This document shows positions 25,601-37,400 of a stretch of DNA of 64,000 nucleotides, piece after piece. Position 1 is the stretch's first letter; the number at the start of each line of letters is the position of its first letter. A program made the translations under genes and the position numbers. This DNA is from Microthyrium microscopicum (Eukaryota): positions 2,453,697-2,517,696 of the forward strand of contig MU004234.1 of assembly GCA_010405405.1 (NCBI GenBank), read 5' to 3'. The notes beneath the pieces are model-generated. The model saw only the letters and a list, made by a program, of their open reading frames with translations. It did no database searches and was not told the DNA's origin.

Positions 25601-26669
25601 GTCTCTTAAAATTATAGAAAAAAAGTACCTACTAATTTAATATAAAATATAGTAGCCTATAGAATAAATAACTAAGCGCTATAAATATAATAATAAATTA
25701 GAATTACTCTAAGCTATATCTAAGGTACTAATAACTAGAGCTACCTTATATTCTTAGCCTAATAATAAATATACTAATATTAGTAATACTTTAAGTAATA
25801 ATAAAGTTATAGACTATTAAATTATATTTATAACTATAGTTTATTATTAATATATTATACTATTTATTTTTAATAGCATTTATATATACCTTTTATCTTT
25901 CTTATACTAATTAGTTATAGGATAATACTAATAAAGATAACTTACTTCTTTGCCTCTCTAAATACTAAGTAGTTAATAATAATAAAGATAGTATAGTAAG
26001 CAATTAGCCTAATAATATAGAAGAGCTTAGATTAACTATAAATAAACTTACTAAGCTTTAAGAGCTTACTAACTATTAAGAGCTTATTAAACTTTAAGTA
26101 GAAGATATTATTACTACTATAGATAGTATTTCCTTTACTTCCTTAGATAATTTAAAACTTCTAGCTACTAAACTATTAAATAAATTACTAGACGTCCCTC
26201 TAGTTATTATACTTACCTAATATTTAAGTTACGCCTCTTAAAATATTAAAACTAGATTAGTTTATTACTCTTTTATTAGTTTATTGCCCTAACTTTATTC
26301 TAAATTCTTTTTAGTTTAGATTTATATACTAGTACTAATAATCTAGTATTACTTAAGATAGCTATAAAGGTCTTTATAATCTATTTAAGCTTATTCTTAA
26401 TACTTTATAACTTTTATTTCTTTTAAACTTAATTAACGACTTAAAAAAGTAGTTTAAAGGTATTTATATATTATATCTTTATAGTATATATTATTCCTTT
26501 ATTTTTTTATACTCCTCTTTTTATTTTATATAATCTACGTTACTCTAACTCTTTATATTAATTACTTTACTATATTTTACCCTCTTATATTATTTAACTT
26601 CTTACCCCTAATTACTCTACTATATCTTACTTTCTTATATTACTCTAATTACTACTCCTAATTATTATG

Positions 26670-27180
26670 CTATACTAATCTCTACCTTCTATTATATAAT
26701 GTCTACTTATAATTACTACGCTATATTAATCTCTACCCTCTCTCTTATAATAATCCCTTATATATTCTATAGCTTACTAATCTCTACCCTCTCTCTTATA
26801 ATAATCCTTTATATATTCTATGGCTTGCTAATCTTTACCCTCTCTCTTATAATAATTCCTTATATATTCTATAGCTTGCTAATCTCTACCCTCTTTCTTA
26901 TAATAATCCCTTATATATTCTATAGCTTATTAATCTCTACCCCCCTCTTATATTAATTCCTACTTTCTACTACAGCTTACTAATCTCTACCCTCTCTCTT
27001 ATAATAATCCTTGCTTTCTACTATAGCTTACTAATCTCTACTCCTCTCTTATATTAATCCCTACTTTCTATTATAGCTTACTAATCTCTACCCCTCTCTT
27101 ATATTAATCCCTACTTTCTACTACGACTTGCTAATCTCTATCCTTTCTTTTACCTTAATCCCTACTTTCTACTATAGCTT
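26670..27180. repeat. 50-51-bp tandem minisatellite B (about 10 copies)
   Basis: TAATCT(C/T)TA recurs at 26676, 26727, 26778, 26829, 26880, 26931, 26981, 27032, 27082 and 27132. Confidence 0.88.
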
Positions 27181-27419
27181 ACTTCTCCTTAACCCTTTCT
27201 TTACTTTACTATTTCTTATAAGCTATAGCTTGCTTTAATTTGCTCTTAATTAACTATACTACTTTTTAGTTACCTTAAATTACTTTAGATTATTTTTAGA
27301 TAACTACGTAGCCTCTAGTTTACCTTAAATTACTTTAAAACTACTCTTAGATTAGTATAGTTGCTATTTTATTTCTTTTACTCTTATTTATTAACCTACG
27401 CTAACTTTTAAATAGCTTA

Positions 27420-30400
27420 TTTACTTTTCTTTAAACTTTACTAGACTAAGGTTACTTTAAATCTATAAAAGTAAGTCTTTATAAAAGAGAAGAAAAAGAA
27501 ATTTTAATAAAATAAGACTTTAGAGAAGCTTTACTTTTTTAATGTTATTAAACTCTTTAAGCGGTTTATCTTAAGTCTAGCTAAATATAAGAAGATATAT
27601 TTTAGCTTTAGTTATTTCGTTAATTAGCTTTAAGAACTTTAGGAATTAAATACTTAGCTTTCTTTAGCTTATATAACTTTAGAAGATTTTATTTTTTATT
27701 TTAATAATACTATAAACTTAATTTTACTTTTAGACTTTATCTACTATTATTATAATTATAATAGCGTTAAGATATATAAATATAATTACGTAAATAATAT
27801 TAGTAATTTAAAGAAGCATAGACATTATAGTTAAGTTGTTACTATTAGAAAAAAAATTTATAAAGATTATAAAGCTAGTATTATACAAAGAAACGTTATA
27901 CTTTATATATAACGAGTTAAATATGCTAATACTTTAAAAATTACTTAGGGAATATTAACTCCTAAGTTCTTAGATACTAAGTTATTCTTAGTTAAAGATC
28001 TTACTAACTATATATTTATTTAGTCTTAGTCTATTATCTATTATCCTAATTTAGAAATTAATAACTACTTTAGAATAGAATATTTAAGTAATAAGTTTAA
28101 GTATTTATATATTTCCTTTAGTAATATTAAATACTATTATATCTACTCTATTAGAACTAAAAAGGCTTACCTTACTTTTAAAGCTTATTTAATTTATAGT
28201 AAAATAGAGATTTATAAGTTTACTTAAGCTAGTTTAATTTAATAATTCTATATACTCTCTCTTTATCTTAAAAACTTTATATAATAGCGTAAAGTTATCT
28301 TAGTTCCCTTATTTATATTTATTAATAGCTTTAGCCTCTATTATAATATATATTACTCCCTTATAGGTATATATACTATCCTTATAAGCTTTAATAAATA
28401 AAAGAGAGCTTACTATACTAATTACCTACTAATTATTTTAGGTCCTTATAGTAGTAACTTTTAAAAAGTTATAATAGCTCTTTATAGTTTATTTAACTTA
28501 GATAGTAGTATTTATATTTAGATTAATAAAGAAGAGATTACTCTTTACGTATTTACCTTAGTATTTATTAGTAACTACCTATAGTAATAAGAGAATTTAG
28601 GAATAAATTACCTAATTACTTACTATAGCTATTAATTTTATAAAGTAGATTAAGATAATTATTATAATATAAACTTTAACGTTATTAAGAATAGTAACTA
28701 TTATTAAGAAATTATTTAGGCATAAGCTTAACTAAACTCTTTATCTACTACTATTATTAAAAGAAATTTTTCTTAAGATACTAGTATTAAGCTTAAGCCT
28801 TTAAGTATATAGTAAATTATACTAGCCTTAGACTTTATTTTTAGTTACCTAGTAGACTTAGCTTATTCTAAGTTTAAAGGTATAATATATTTAATTTATA
28901 AGACTATTCTTAATGTTCTCTTTATTAGCGACGTTAAAAGTCTTTATATAAAGGCTCTTTAACTATTTCTATTTTTTTTTAACTTTTAATAAGTTTAATT
29001 ACTACTTTACTATCTTAATAGTTATACTCTATTAAAGTATATTTATTAGTCTATTATTACTTTAATTTTATTTTAGACTTAGCTTTAGCCTTTCTTTATT
29101 ACTCTTTACTTTAAAGATATAGTTATTAAGATATAGGATTAAATAACTACTACTAAAGGTAAATCTCTAGTTAAACTAATTTACTTTATCCTTATAGTAC
29201 TAGCTTATAATAACTATTACCTTATAAGCTAGTCTATACTAAAGAGAGATTAAGAGATATTCTATATTAATATTATTTATATTTATTAGTTATTTTAATA
29301 CCTTCTTAAAATAGCTATAGTTATAGCTAAAAAGAACCCTTATTTCTAATTTGTATCTCTTAAGCTTAGTTAATATAAGTATAAAGGTAAAGGTAAAGTA
29401 ATAGCTAATAAGAAAACTTCTTTTAAAACCTATAGTACTAAATCTACTTTTTATAGTAGTAAGTCTTAGGCTACTCTTATAATAGTAGAAGATAAAGAAA
29501 AAGAGGTACTCCTTAGTATTAAAGTAGCTAAAATATTATTAATAGCTACTTTAATAGAATAATTATAAGTAATAATAACTTCTTAGGCTAAGACTTATTA
29601 TAAGATTAAAAATTACCTAAATATTTATCTTACCCTCTATTACTTTACCCTATTTATAGAACTCTCTCTCGTAGTTAATACTAATATACTTATTAGTAAG
29701 AATAAATATAAAAAGTATAAAGCCTAGATTCTTAAGACTAACTTTAATAACCTAGAATATAATCTTTTATAGCGTAATATATTATATCTTACTCTTTATT
29801 TAATTCTATAAAGTAGGTTTAAATATAACTTCCCTAAAATAACTAGAAAAATCTAATAGCTCTATAAAGACGTCCCTAAATTATTTAAGTATTTATTACC
29901 TTACTCTAATTATATTACTAATAAGGTTACTCTTAAACTAGTAATTAAAAATACTAACTATTATCTTTAATATAGAGTCTCTTATTACCTAGATAGTAAT
30001 ACCTATAAGAATAAGTTTAATCTCTTATTATCTAGTAATAAGCTTAACTTAAAGTTCTATAAAGAGCTTATTACTACTTATTTTAGTAACTATAAAATAA
30101 AGGTTTCTATATTTAGAAGTACTTTCTTTTCCTAGTATAATACTTTAGGCTTTATTAATAAGTAAGTTATATTACTTATACTATATATAAACTAATAATA
30201 TAAAGAGCTACTATAAAATATATAACTATAGATTATAGAGACTAGATTTAAGTTAAGCTTACTAATATAAGTAAACTTTCTCTTACTTACTTAGAGTATA
30301 TCTTTACTTATACTATCCTAGATATAATATAAGCCTTTATTATTATAAAGATTAGTACTAAAGATATACTTAGCTTAGATAACTTAATATAACTTCTTCT

Positions 30401-30500
30401 TTATAAATTTAATTCTAAATAATCTAGTATTATTCTTAGCCTACTAGTAATTAGAGTTTATTAGTAGTATATTATTCTAGTTTAGGAAGATATAACTTAC
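27420..30500 (+). pseudogene. RIP-degraded CACTA/Plavaka-like DDE transposase
   Basis: Reversing C>T and G>A changes in frame +1 gives IDGFGLYRNxYRSLMG (28321), GDxPQQQENSG..GCRFC (28570-28641), PALD..DPAHSEF (28822-28875), FPFPPG..QSPLHHL..SEHxRWS (28965-29052) and RPNxH..NVLIGEDKH (29614-29709). Ends are approximate. Confidence 0.8.
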
Positions 30501-31179
30501 TATTCTAAGAGCCTTAAAATTATAGATATAAAATTCTTTACTTTTAAGGAAGAGATAGAGTTAGTAAGTTAATTAAAGGTATAATTATTATAAATAGATT
30601 AGAAGCTTAAGTTTTATTAAGTAGTATTTTAGATAAGTAGCTAGAAAATAAGAAAATAGTATAAAGGTATAGAGTAGTAGGGATAGTAGCTTAGTATAAA
30701 TAAAAAGGATATAGCTTAAATCTAATTATAGTTAGAGTAGCTTAATTTTTAACTAATAATATTATCTATATAAGCTTATTTATTAGTCTTAGCTAGGTAT
30801 AGTAAATCTTAATAATAATATATAATTACGTACTTAATCTCTTATTACGTAAAAAGTTATATAAATTTAACTTTTATTATATAACGTTAAAGTAGAATTA
30901 TACTAATATTATACTACTAAAATTTATATTACGTAATATCTTTACGTAATAAATAATTATTTTATGCTTTAATTATAATAACTTATATAAGAATAAAATA
31001 TCTTACGTACTAATTAATTCTTCTTACGTTATATAATTTATTATTATATATATTTTAAAATCTACGTACTATCTAGTCTTATCGCGTATAAACTTACTCT
31101 CTATATTAAGTTAACCTAAGCTACTTTGCATAATAACTATTATATACTAAGCCACTACGGCTATAATACGGTGTTTAGC

Positions 31180-31189
31180 TCCCTAGGAC
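31180..31189 (-). repeat. Right terminal inverted repeat TCCCTAGGAC
   Basis: Reverse complement of 20188-20197; lies at the right edge of the AT-rich block. Confidence 0.7.
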
Positions 31190-31404
31190 CCTCGTATAAG
31201 TAATTGGCACATCTTGTTAGGTGTTTTCGTACTGCTCTATTTTCCCTTCGAATTGCAGAGGTTGTTCGAATTCAATTCTTTCTTCGATTGTTTCCAGATG
31301 TTGAAAAGCTTGCCAGCCAAAGTATGAAAGATTATTATCTCAGGATGGCAATCGCAGTTTATGAGCGGAAATAGAAAATTTGAATTTGTTCACCAGAGTG
31401 GCGT

Positions 31405-33533
31405 TCATTTTGCTCTAAAGCGCTTGAGCGTTGCTTGCCACTTGGGAGAGAGAAATAGGCGAAATAATCCAGGCAGCATAAACACGCCGCCAGATAACAG
31501 TGATAAGAGAACAATCAGAAATCGGCTTGATCGCGATCTTCCAACCAGCGGCGCAGCTATCATCCCGCTTCCAATGAGGAATAATGGCGGTACATAAAAC
31601 CCCGTTGAGATAGACTTGAAGTAGACGGGAAGAGTAATCATGGCCGCAACAGACAGCAAATATGCCAATGTCCACCACTTTCCAGAACCCTTCAGTAGTG
31701 ATCGAAATTCTTGGCTTAGCTTAGCCTCCTTCCACGAGAGATCAATAGCTTCAGGTATCGCCCCAACCCGTTTTCGCGTCCTTATGTAGTCGTTGAGCTG
31801 ACATTCTGTGAGCATGTCATGTTGAATATTGTCATTGGTTGGCAGATCCCTGATAATGGCATCGGCAAGCTGAAGAATTGCTTTGGTCTCTCCACAAACA
31901 ACTCGTTCTTTATTCAATCTCAGGGTGAGGTGGGCCTTCAACCAGAGCAGGAAAGTGCCTAGAGTCCATATGAGCATCAGACAGAGGAAAACGAATATCA
32001 ATATGAATGAGAAGCCCCATTTGAAACTGTTGTTCTGCACACAATTTCCGTTACTCTGCATGTATGCTCCGCTGTAAATTTCTGAGACATTCCCTAGAGT
32101 ATACATGCTCTCGCTATAATTGGAGAATGCTTGTTCCCATCCTAGCTTTCTGAGTGATGTAAATTGCTGACTTATAGCGTTAGTGATCGACATATACGTG
32201 TCGCGATCGTAAAAAGTTGTTATGTTCAGAACAGGTGACGATATCTTGGAAGCATTGAAGACAGACGTGAGATTAGCAGGACGGTAGAAGCCATGATCCT
32301 TAGTGTCTAGAACAGTTGAGCTGCAGATTTAGCTATTTTGCATTCGGAGCGCTTACAATTTGCCACAATTGATCCGACAACAGAAAGGTCGGAGTTCGCA
32401 TCGGAGCAATCTAATAAGAATGTAGAGTTAGCATCGAGTACAAAAGTGGAATAATCCGGCGCGAGGAAGAAAATAGAAATACACGACCGCTAGGTGTCTT
32501 CCTATGTTGATTTACGTTCGTCTTCATTCCTTTCAGCGAAGCCCAGATTGGACACTCAAGCTTTCACGGAAACGAAACTCCAGCACACTGTACAAATAGA
32601 GAGCGCTCGTGGGCAATTCTGCTGATTCAGGTGCCAATTCCATCCGCCAGTCCATGTATCTTCACTCACCACTATATGTATATATGGGGGACAAGCATAT
32701 TGCATAGTCGTTAGTCATATTGACCCTAGAGCCATCGCGTATGACGTATAGGATTGGATGGAAGCTAGTGGCCTGGTTGTAGTCTCCATTGTAACTTTGA
32801 ACGTACGGTGAGGTTTGAGGAGAGTAGGAGGTCATTGCGCTACTAAGCGTTGGGTATGATATGATGAACAGGAGACTCGTGATCATCCATAGCATTGCCG
32901 GTTTTGAACTTAACGCACGGTGTCGGATGAAATCTTCAATTAACATAAGCGTTGACCATACACTAGGTTCCCGATGGAGGAATATCGTTCGATAGGTTGG
33001 GATTGAGATCGCAGAAGTGGCCATTTCGGTAGTAAGATACTTCGTCAGAACCTTGTAGGAAATGAACGCCAGGACTGTCTGGCCTCCACGTCCAACTACC
33101 TGAGGGAATCATGAGTTTGTAACCGAACAGTGCTCAACAAAAGGCTTACCACATCCCATATCACATCTATGAGCTTCGCTACTCCGAAAGAGAGGCTTCC
33201 TGCCGAGAAAACGATTTCGAAGGGATTGGATGGTTTCCACACATTATAATATCCACTGTATGGTAATCTGGGGTGATCGGGATTGAGGAAAGACCAAGTA
33301 TTGTCTATCTGACAGCGAGAAACTGGAGGCGTCCAATTGAAAAGCGTCGAGGCTACCGCCAGCAAGCTAGCCAGAGACCAAATCCAGAGATGGAAGAGAA
33401 ACCATATCACACCTCGCCTCCAGCCAACCTCTTTGCAATCCGCTACAAAGCGTTGCCAGGCACGCTTTATACACCGTAGAAAGATCACAGGCAAAAGATA
33501 AACTTGAAAGCGCTCGCTTGCATTGAGAATCAT
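31405..33533 (-). CDS. Uncharacterised fungal multi-pass membrane glycoprotein, 4 exons
   Basis: ORFs 33096..33533, 32662..33024 and 31405..32193 are joined by canonical introns, plus a small exon near 32357-32410. Spliced motif FGVAKLIDVIWDV|VGRGGQ and motif GNCVQNNSFKWGFSFIL; several TM segments. Confidence 0.75.
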
Positions 33534-34459
33534 GATTGACTGAGTATTTGAATATGATAAAGCAGGAGTGAGTGGGCATTCAAGCTTCTTATATCAGTAG
33601 ACAGTAGTATTGGGATCTCATGCAAGTAGCCTCTTCCAGTCAGTAAATGAGGATAGAACTGGACGCCACATGGACAAACATAGAAAGGGCCTTTTGCCCA
33701 AGTCGCTGGGCAGTGTTATTGGTATTAATTGAAGACACTGTGCAGTCGAGTGCGCGCCCAGCCTGCACTCAGCCTCCCGACACTCAGCCTATGGACAGTC
33801 AACGGCCAATTCGTTGCACCTGAATCTTGGCAGAGAGTAAGGTTGCATTATGTGGCCGGGTTGCGAATAAAAGCCAGCGAATGACAAGGGTCAAATCCTA
33901 GAACGCCCCAGTCCGTATCACGGTTTCAGCCTTACCACGACGGACACGCTCGGCAGCCACGACAAAGTTGCAACGAAACAAGACAGCGCCCAAAAACATG
34001 TTCATTCCCATACACGCACATAAACTATACCCATCTCTAGCATAATTATATACTTCATAGCTAAACTTCAAACTCTAGCGCAAAAAGCGCTGCAGAAACA
34101 AAAACAGCAAAGGGGTAATCTGGGGGTATCAGGCCGACAAAAGCCAAAAACAACGAATGGTAATAACCAAAAAAGCAACCGCAGAAGCCAAAAAGAGCTG
34201 CAAAAGCCAAACTGAACATTCGAGTCAGGTCGAAAAGGTAATAGCAAAAAGGACATGGAGAAGGCTGTTCAAATTATGCTCAGCAACCTTAATCGCTCCG
34301 TCCAGTACAGTTCCGGTCCATCAGGCTGAAAATGACGTTCCAATACGGTGGTCGAAGATATGGCCAATTTGTAGAGCCGAAGAACGCGAGATAAGTGGCG
34401 ATATCCAAGGAGGAATCCAGAAAAGAGCTAGACACTCAAAGAGTCTCGAGCAAATAACA

Positions 34460-37400
34460 CTACTCGGCCGCGGGGTGCAAGTCCGAAATGGTTTCCAGCA
34501 TCCTATAACCGCCATTCTCATTAGCCACACTCCCATCTCCAGTCCTACCATCAAGGGTTTCCACTTACCGGTGTGTCTCATTCAAACTACTCTCATTCAA
34601 CTCCTCCAGCCCCCTAGCCGCTTCAGAGAGCGCACCTAACTATAAGTAAAAACAACATTAGCAAGACTTCAAACATGGCAAAAGCGATAAAACAAGCAAG
34701 CGGAGTGGGCTAGGCTTGGGGAAGTGACCCAACCCCCACCCAAGCAGCAGCAAATCAACCAAACGACCAAGCATCGTCGCACGCAGCACAAGGGGCGTGG
34801 TAGCGCGCACCGTTCCTTCTACCGATAGACCGCCGTTGGCTTCGAGAGAATCGTCTAGGAGTGAATTTTCAGGCATGTCCGAAAAGGCACCGGAATCGTC
34901 ATAATCATCGGGCTCGTTGGCATCGCGGGTGTGGATGGTGGGTTGGGAAGATTCAGGGGCTTTGGGTGCCCATTTGCTGTCGCCGAGGCCGGGACTTGAG
35001 GCGGCTGGTGAGGTGGTGGATTCGTCTTTGGGAATGGCGCGGACGGGGGTGGAATGAGAGGAGAGATGGGAGGAGGATCTTACATCTTTCTCGTCGATGG
35101 ACGAGGAGGCGATTTTGTCGAGTTGGTTGGTCTTTGCGGTTAGTTGGTTTTTCATGTCCTGGAACACGGATTCAGACGCCTTGATCTTGGATTCAAGCTC
35201 CTTCTGGCTAGCCAAGTGGGCGTCCTGGAGTTTCTTGTAGCGAGCCTTTTCTTCATTGAGGTCGTTCTTGAGAGTGGCATTCTCAATCATGGTTTCTGAG
35301 GCGTCATTGGCGGCTTCTTCGGCCTTTTCGAGACGTGATTTGAGGGTGGTGTTTGCGGCTTCGAGCTCCTTCTTAAGAGTGGCTAGGTCGTTCTCGTAGG
35401 CAGCCTTAAGGTCGGCAAGAGCGAAAGCATGGCCGGACTCAACATCTTTCTTAGAGGCTTCGATTTTCTTGGTGTGCTCATCTTCTAGGGTACTGATTGT
35501 CTTGGAGTGGCTAGCTTTTAGCTCATCAAGTGCCTTGGCGTGCTCTTCCTTGGTAGTGGTAAGCTTTTTCAATGCTGCAGCGTGCTTTGTCTTTTGAGTA
35601 TCGTCGTGCTCTTTCTTCGCACCGTCCATCTGCTTCTGTAGTGATTCGAGCGATGCTTGATGTGTCTTCTCGACGTCCGCAAGTTTGTCTTGGAGCGACT
35701 TATTATCCTTTTCCAAAGCAGCAAGCTTCTCGGAATCAGCACTACCGCTATTCGTCATCTCTTCCAGTTTGCTTGCGTGTGAAGTCTTGAGCTCCTCAAG
35801 TTCCTTGGCATGTGCCGCCTTGAGCGATTCTAACTCCTCTGAAGTAGATGCATGCGACGCCTTGAGAGTCTCGAGCTCCTTCGCATGTGCCGCCTTTGCT
35901 GTATCCAACTTTTTCTTGTTCGCGGTCTTTGCGTTATCGAGTTTCTTCGCGTGTGCTGCCTTAGCTCCATCTAATTCCTCGGACGTAGCAGCATGTTTTG
36001 ACTGGACATCAGTGATCTTCTCAAGCAACTGTTTGTTATCAGCTTCCAGAGCGGCTAGTTTCTCGGTATCAGCGCCTCCACTCTCCTTAGCCGTCTTGAG
36101 CTCCTCAAGTGTCTTTTGATGCGCAGCTTTGGTGGTTTCCAGTTCAGTTGCAGCAGAAGCATGTTGAGTTTGCACTTCAGCGAGCTTTGACTGGAACTCG
36201 GTCTGAAGTTGCTCAACCTGTGCAGCATGACCCTTAGTAGCGTCCTCCCGGGCAGAGGTGAGAGCGGCATCGTGTGTCGATTGGACTTCATTAAGCTTGG
36301 CGGCGTGGTCGTCTTGAAGGCTGACTTCTCGTTCTTTGAGCGAGGACTCATGCTTGGACGTAAGGTCCGCAGCTATTTTCTCGGCGTGATCCTTTGCGGC
36401 CTTGAGTTCAGCCTGGATTTTGGAGATGGCAGAAGCGTGGCCCTCCTCAGCTGAGCTATTGGCAAGGGTAAGAGACTCGATGGTCTTCTTCAGACCAGTA
36501 AGAATGGACTCGTGCTCTTCGCTGCTAGACGCTTGTGAAGACTCGAGAGTGTAAAATCGTGATTGCAGATCAGTGTGCTGTTCAGTAAGTTCCTTGAGCT
36601 TGGTAGAGTGCTCCTCGCCTGCCGAAGCGAGCGCAGCCTGATGTTCAGCAACTGCCTTCTCAAGCTTCGATTGATGTTCTTCCTGTTGCGTGGATGATGA
36701 TTCCTTGATAGCAGCAAGCTCTTTCTCAATAGAATTGGCAGACTCCTTGGCTTCAGCTAGTGCGGTAGCAGATGATTTGGCAGCAGCTTCAAGTTCTGCT
36801 AGCTCCGCGTCCTTCTTCTCTAGAGCGGCAGTCAAAGCTTTCTTTTCTTCCTCGACCTTGCTGAGCGAAGTTCCAGTCTTTTCGTTCGCGGCAGATAATT
36901 CCAATTCCAGCTTCTCGATCTTGTCCTTGAGCTCAGAATTTTCAGTTGAGACATCTTTTTTAGTAGCAAGGCCTTCCTGGATTTCGTTCTGCAGACCCTC
37001 AACAACAGCACTCAACTCAGCCTTCTCTTGGTCGGAGTTTTTGACATCTTCCTGTAGTTTGGCAACGGTCGCAGTCAAATTCTCCGCCTCGGAGCGGGCA
37101 GTAGAGAGTGATTCTATCGACGTCTTGGCCTGGTCTGCATTGCTATCCAAATCCTTCCGCAGGGTCTCAATCTGAGCAGCCATTGCCGTCTTTTCATCCT
37201 TGTGATGCTGTTCAAGCTCCTTGATGTTATCCTGTAGCTTCTCAACGGTTCGGCCTCCATCCGACTTGTCCTGTTCGAGAGCCTTCAAGTCGTTTTGCAG
37301 TTTCTCCAGGGTTTCCTTGCTGATAGATATTTGTTCTTCTCTAGCTTTGATTTCGTCTTCGTGAGTCTTCTTGATCGAAGCAAGATCCTCATGCAACTTT

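Larger units (their letters stand above)
20188..31189 (+). mobile_element. About 11-kb RIP-inactivated DNA transposon, CACTA/CMC (Plavaka-like) type
   Basis: Abrupt switch to very AT-rich DNA almost lacking CpA/TpG. A perfect 10-bp inverted repeat sits at both composition boundaries, and the block holds a relic DDE transposase and internal minisatellites. Confidence 0.82.

Noticed and set aside
26699..26956. 85-aa hydrophobic repeat ORF
   Set aside because: Translation artefact of the RIPed 51-bp minisatellite.
21916..27180. Tandem arrays considered as CRISPR
   Set aside because: Eukaryotic context, contiguous units with no unique spacers, and no cas genes.
20188..31189. AT island considered as a mitochondrial insertion, Starship or LTR retrotransposon
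   Set aside because: The dinucleotide bias is RIP-like. I saw no tyrosine-recombinase captain, LTR pair or RT motifs, whereas TIRs and a DDE transposase are present.
34658..34812. Hydrophobic C-terminal tail of the 1115-aa ORF
   Set aside because: Best explained as read-through into an intron; the spliced exons give a more plausible ending.
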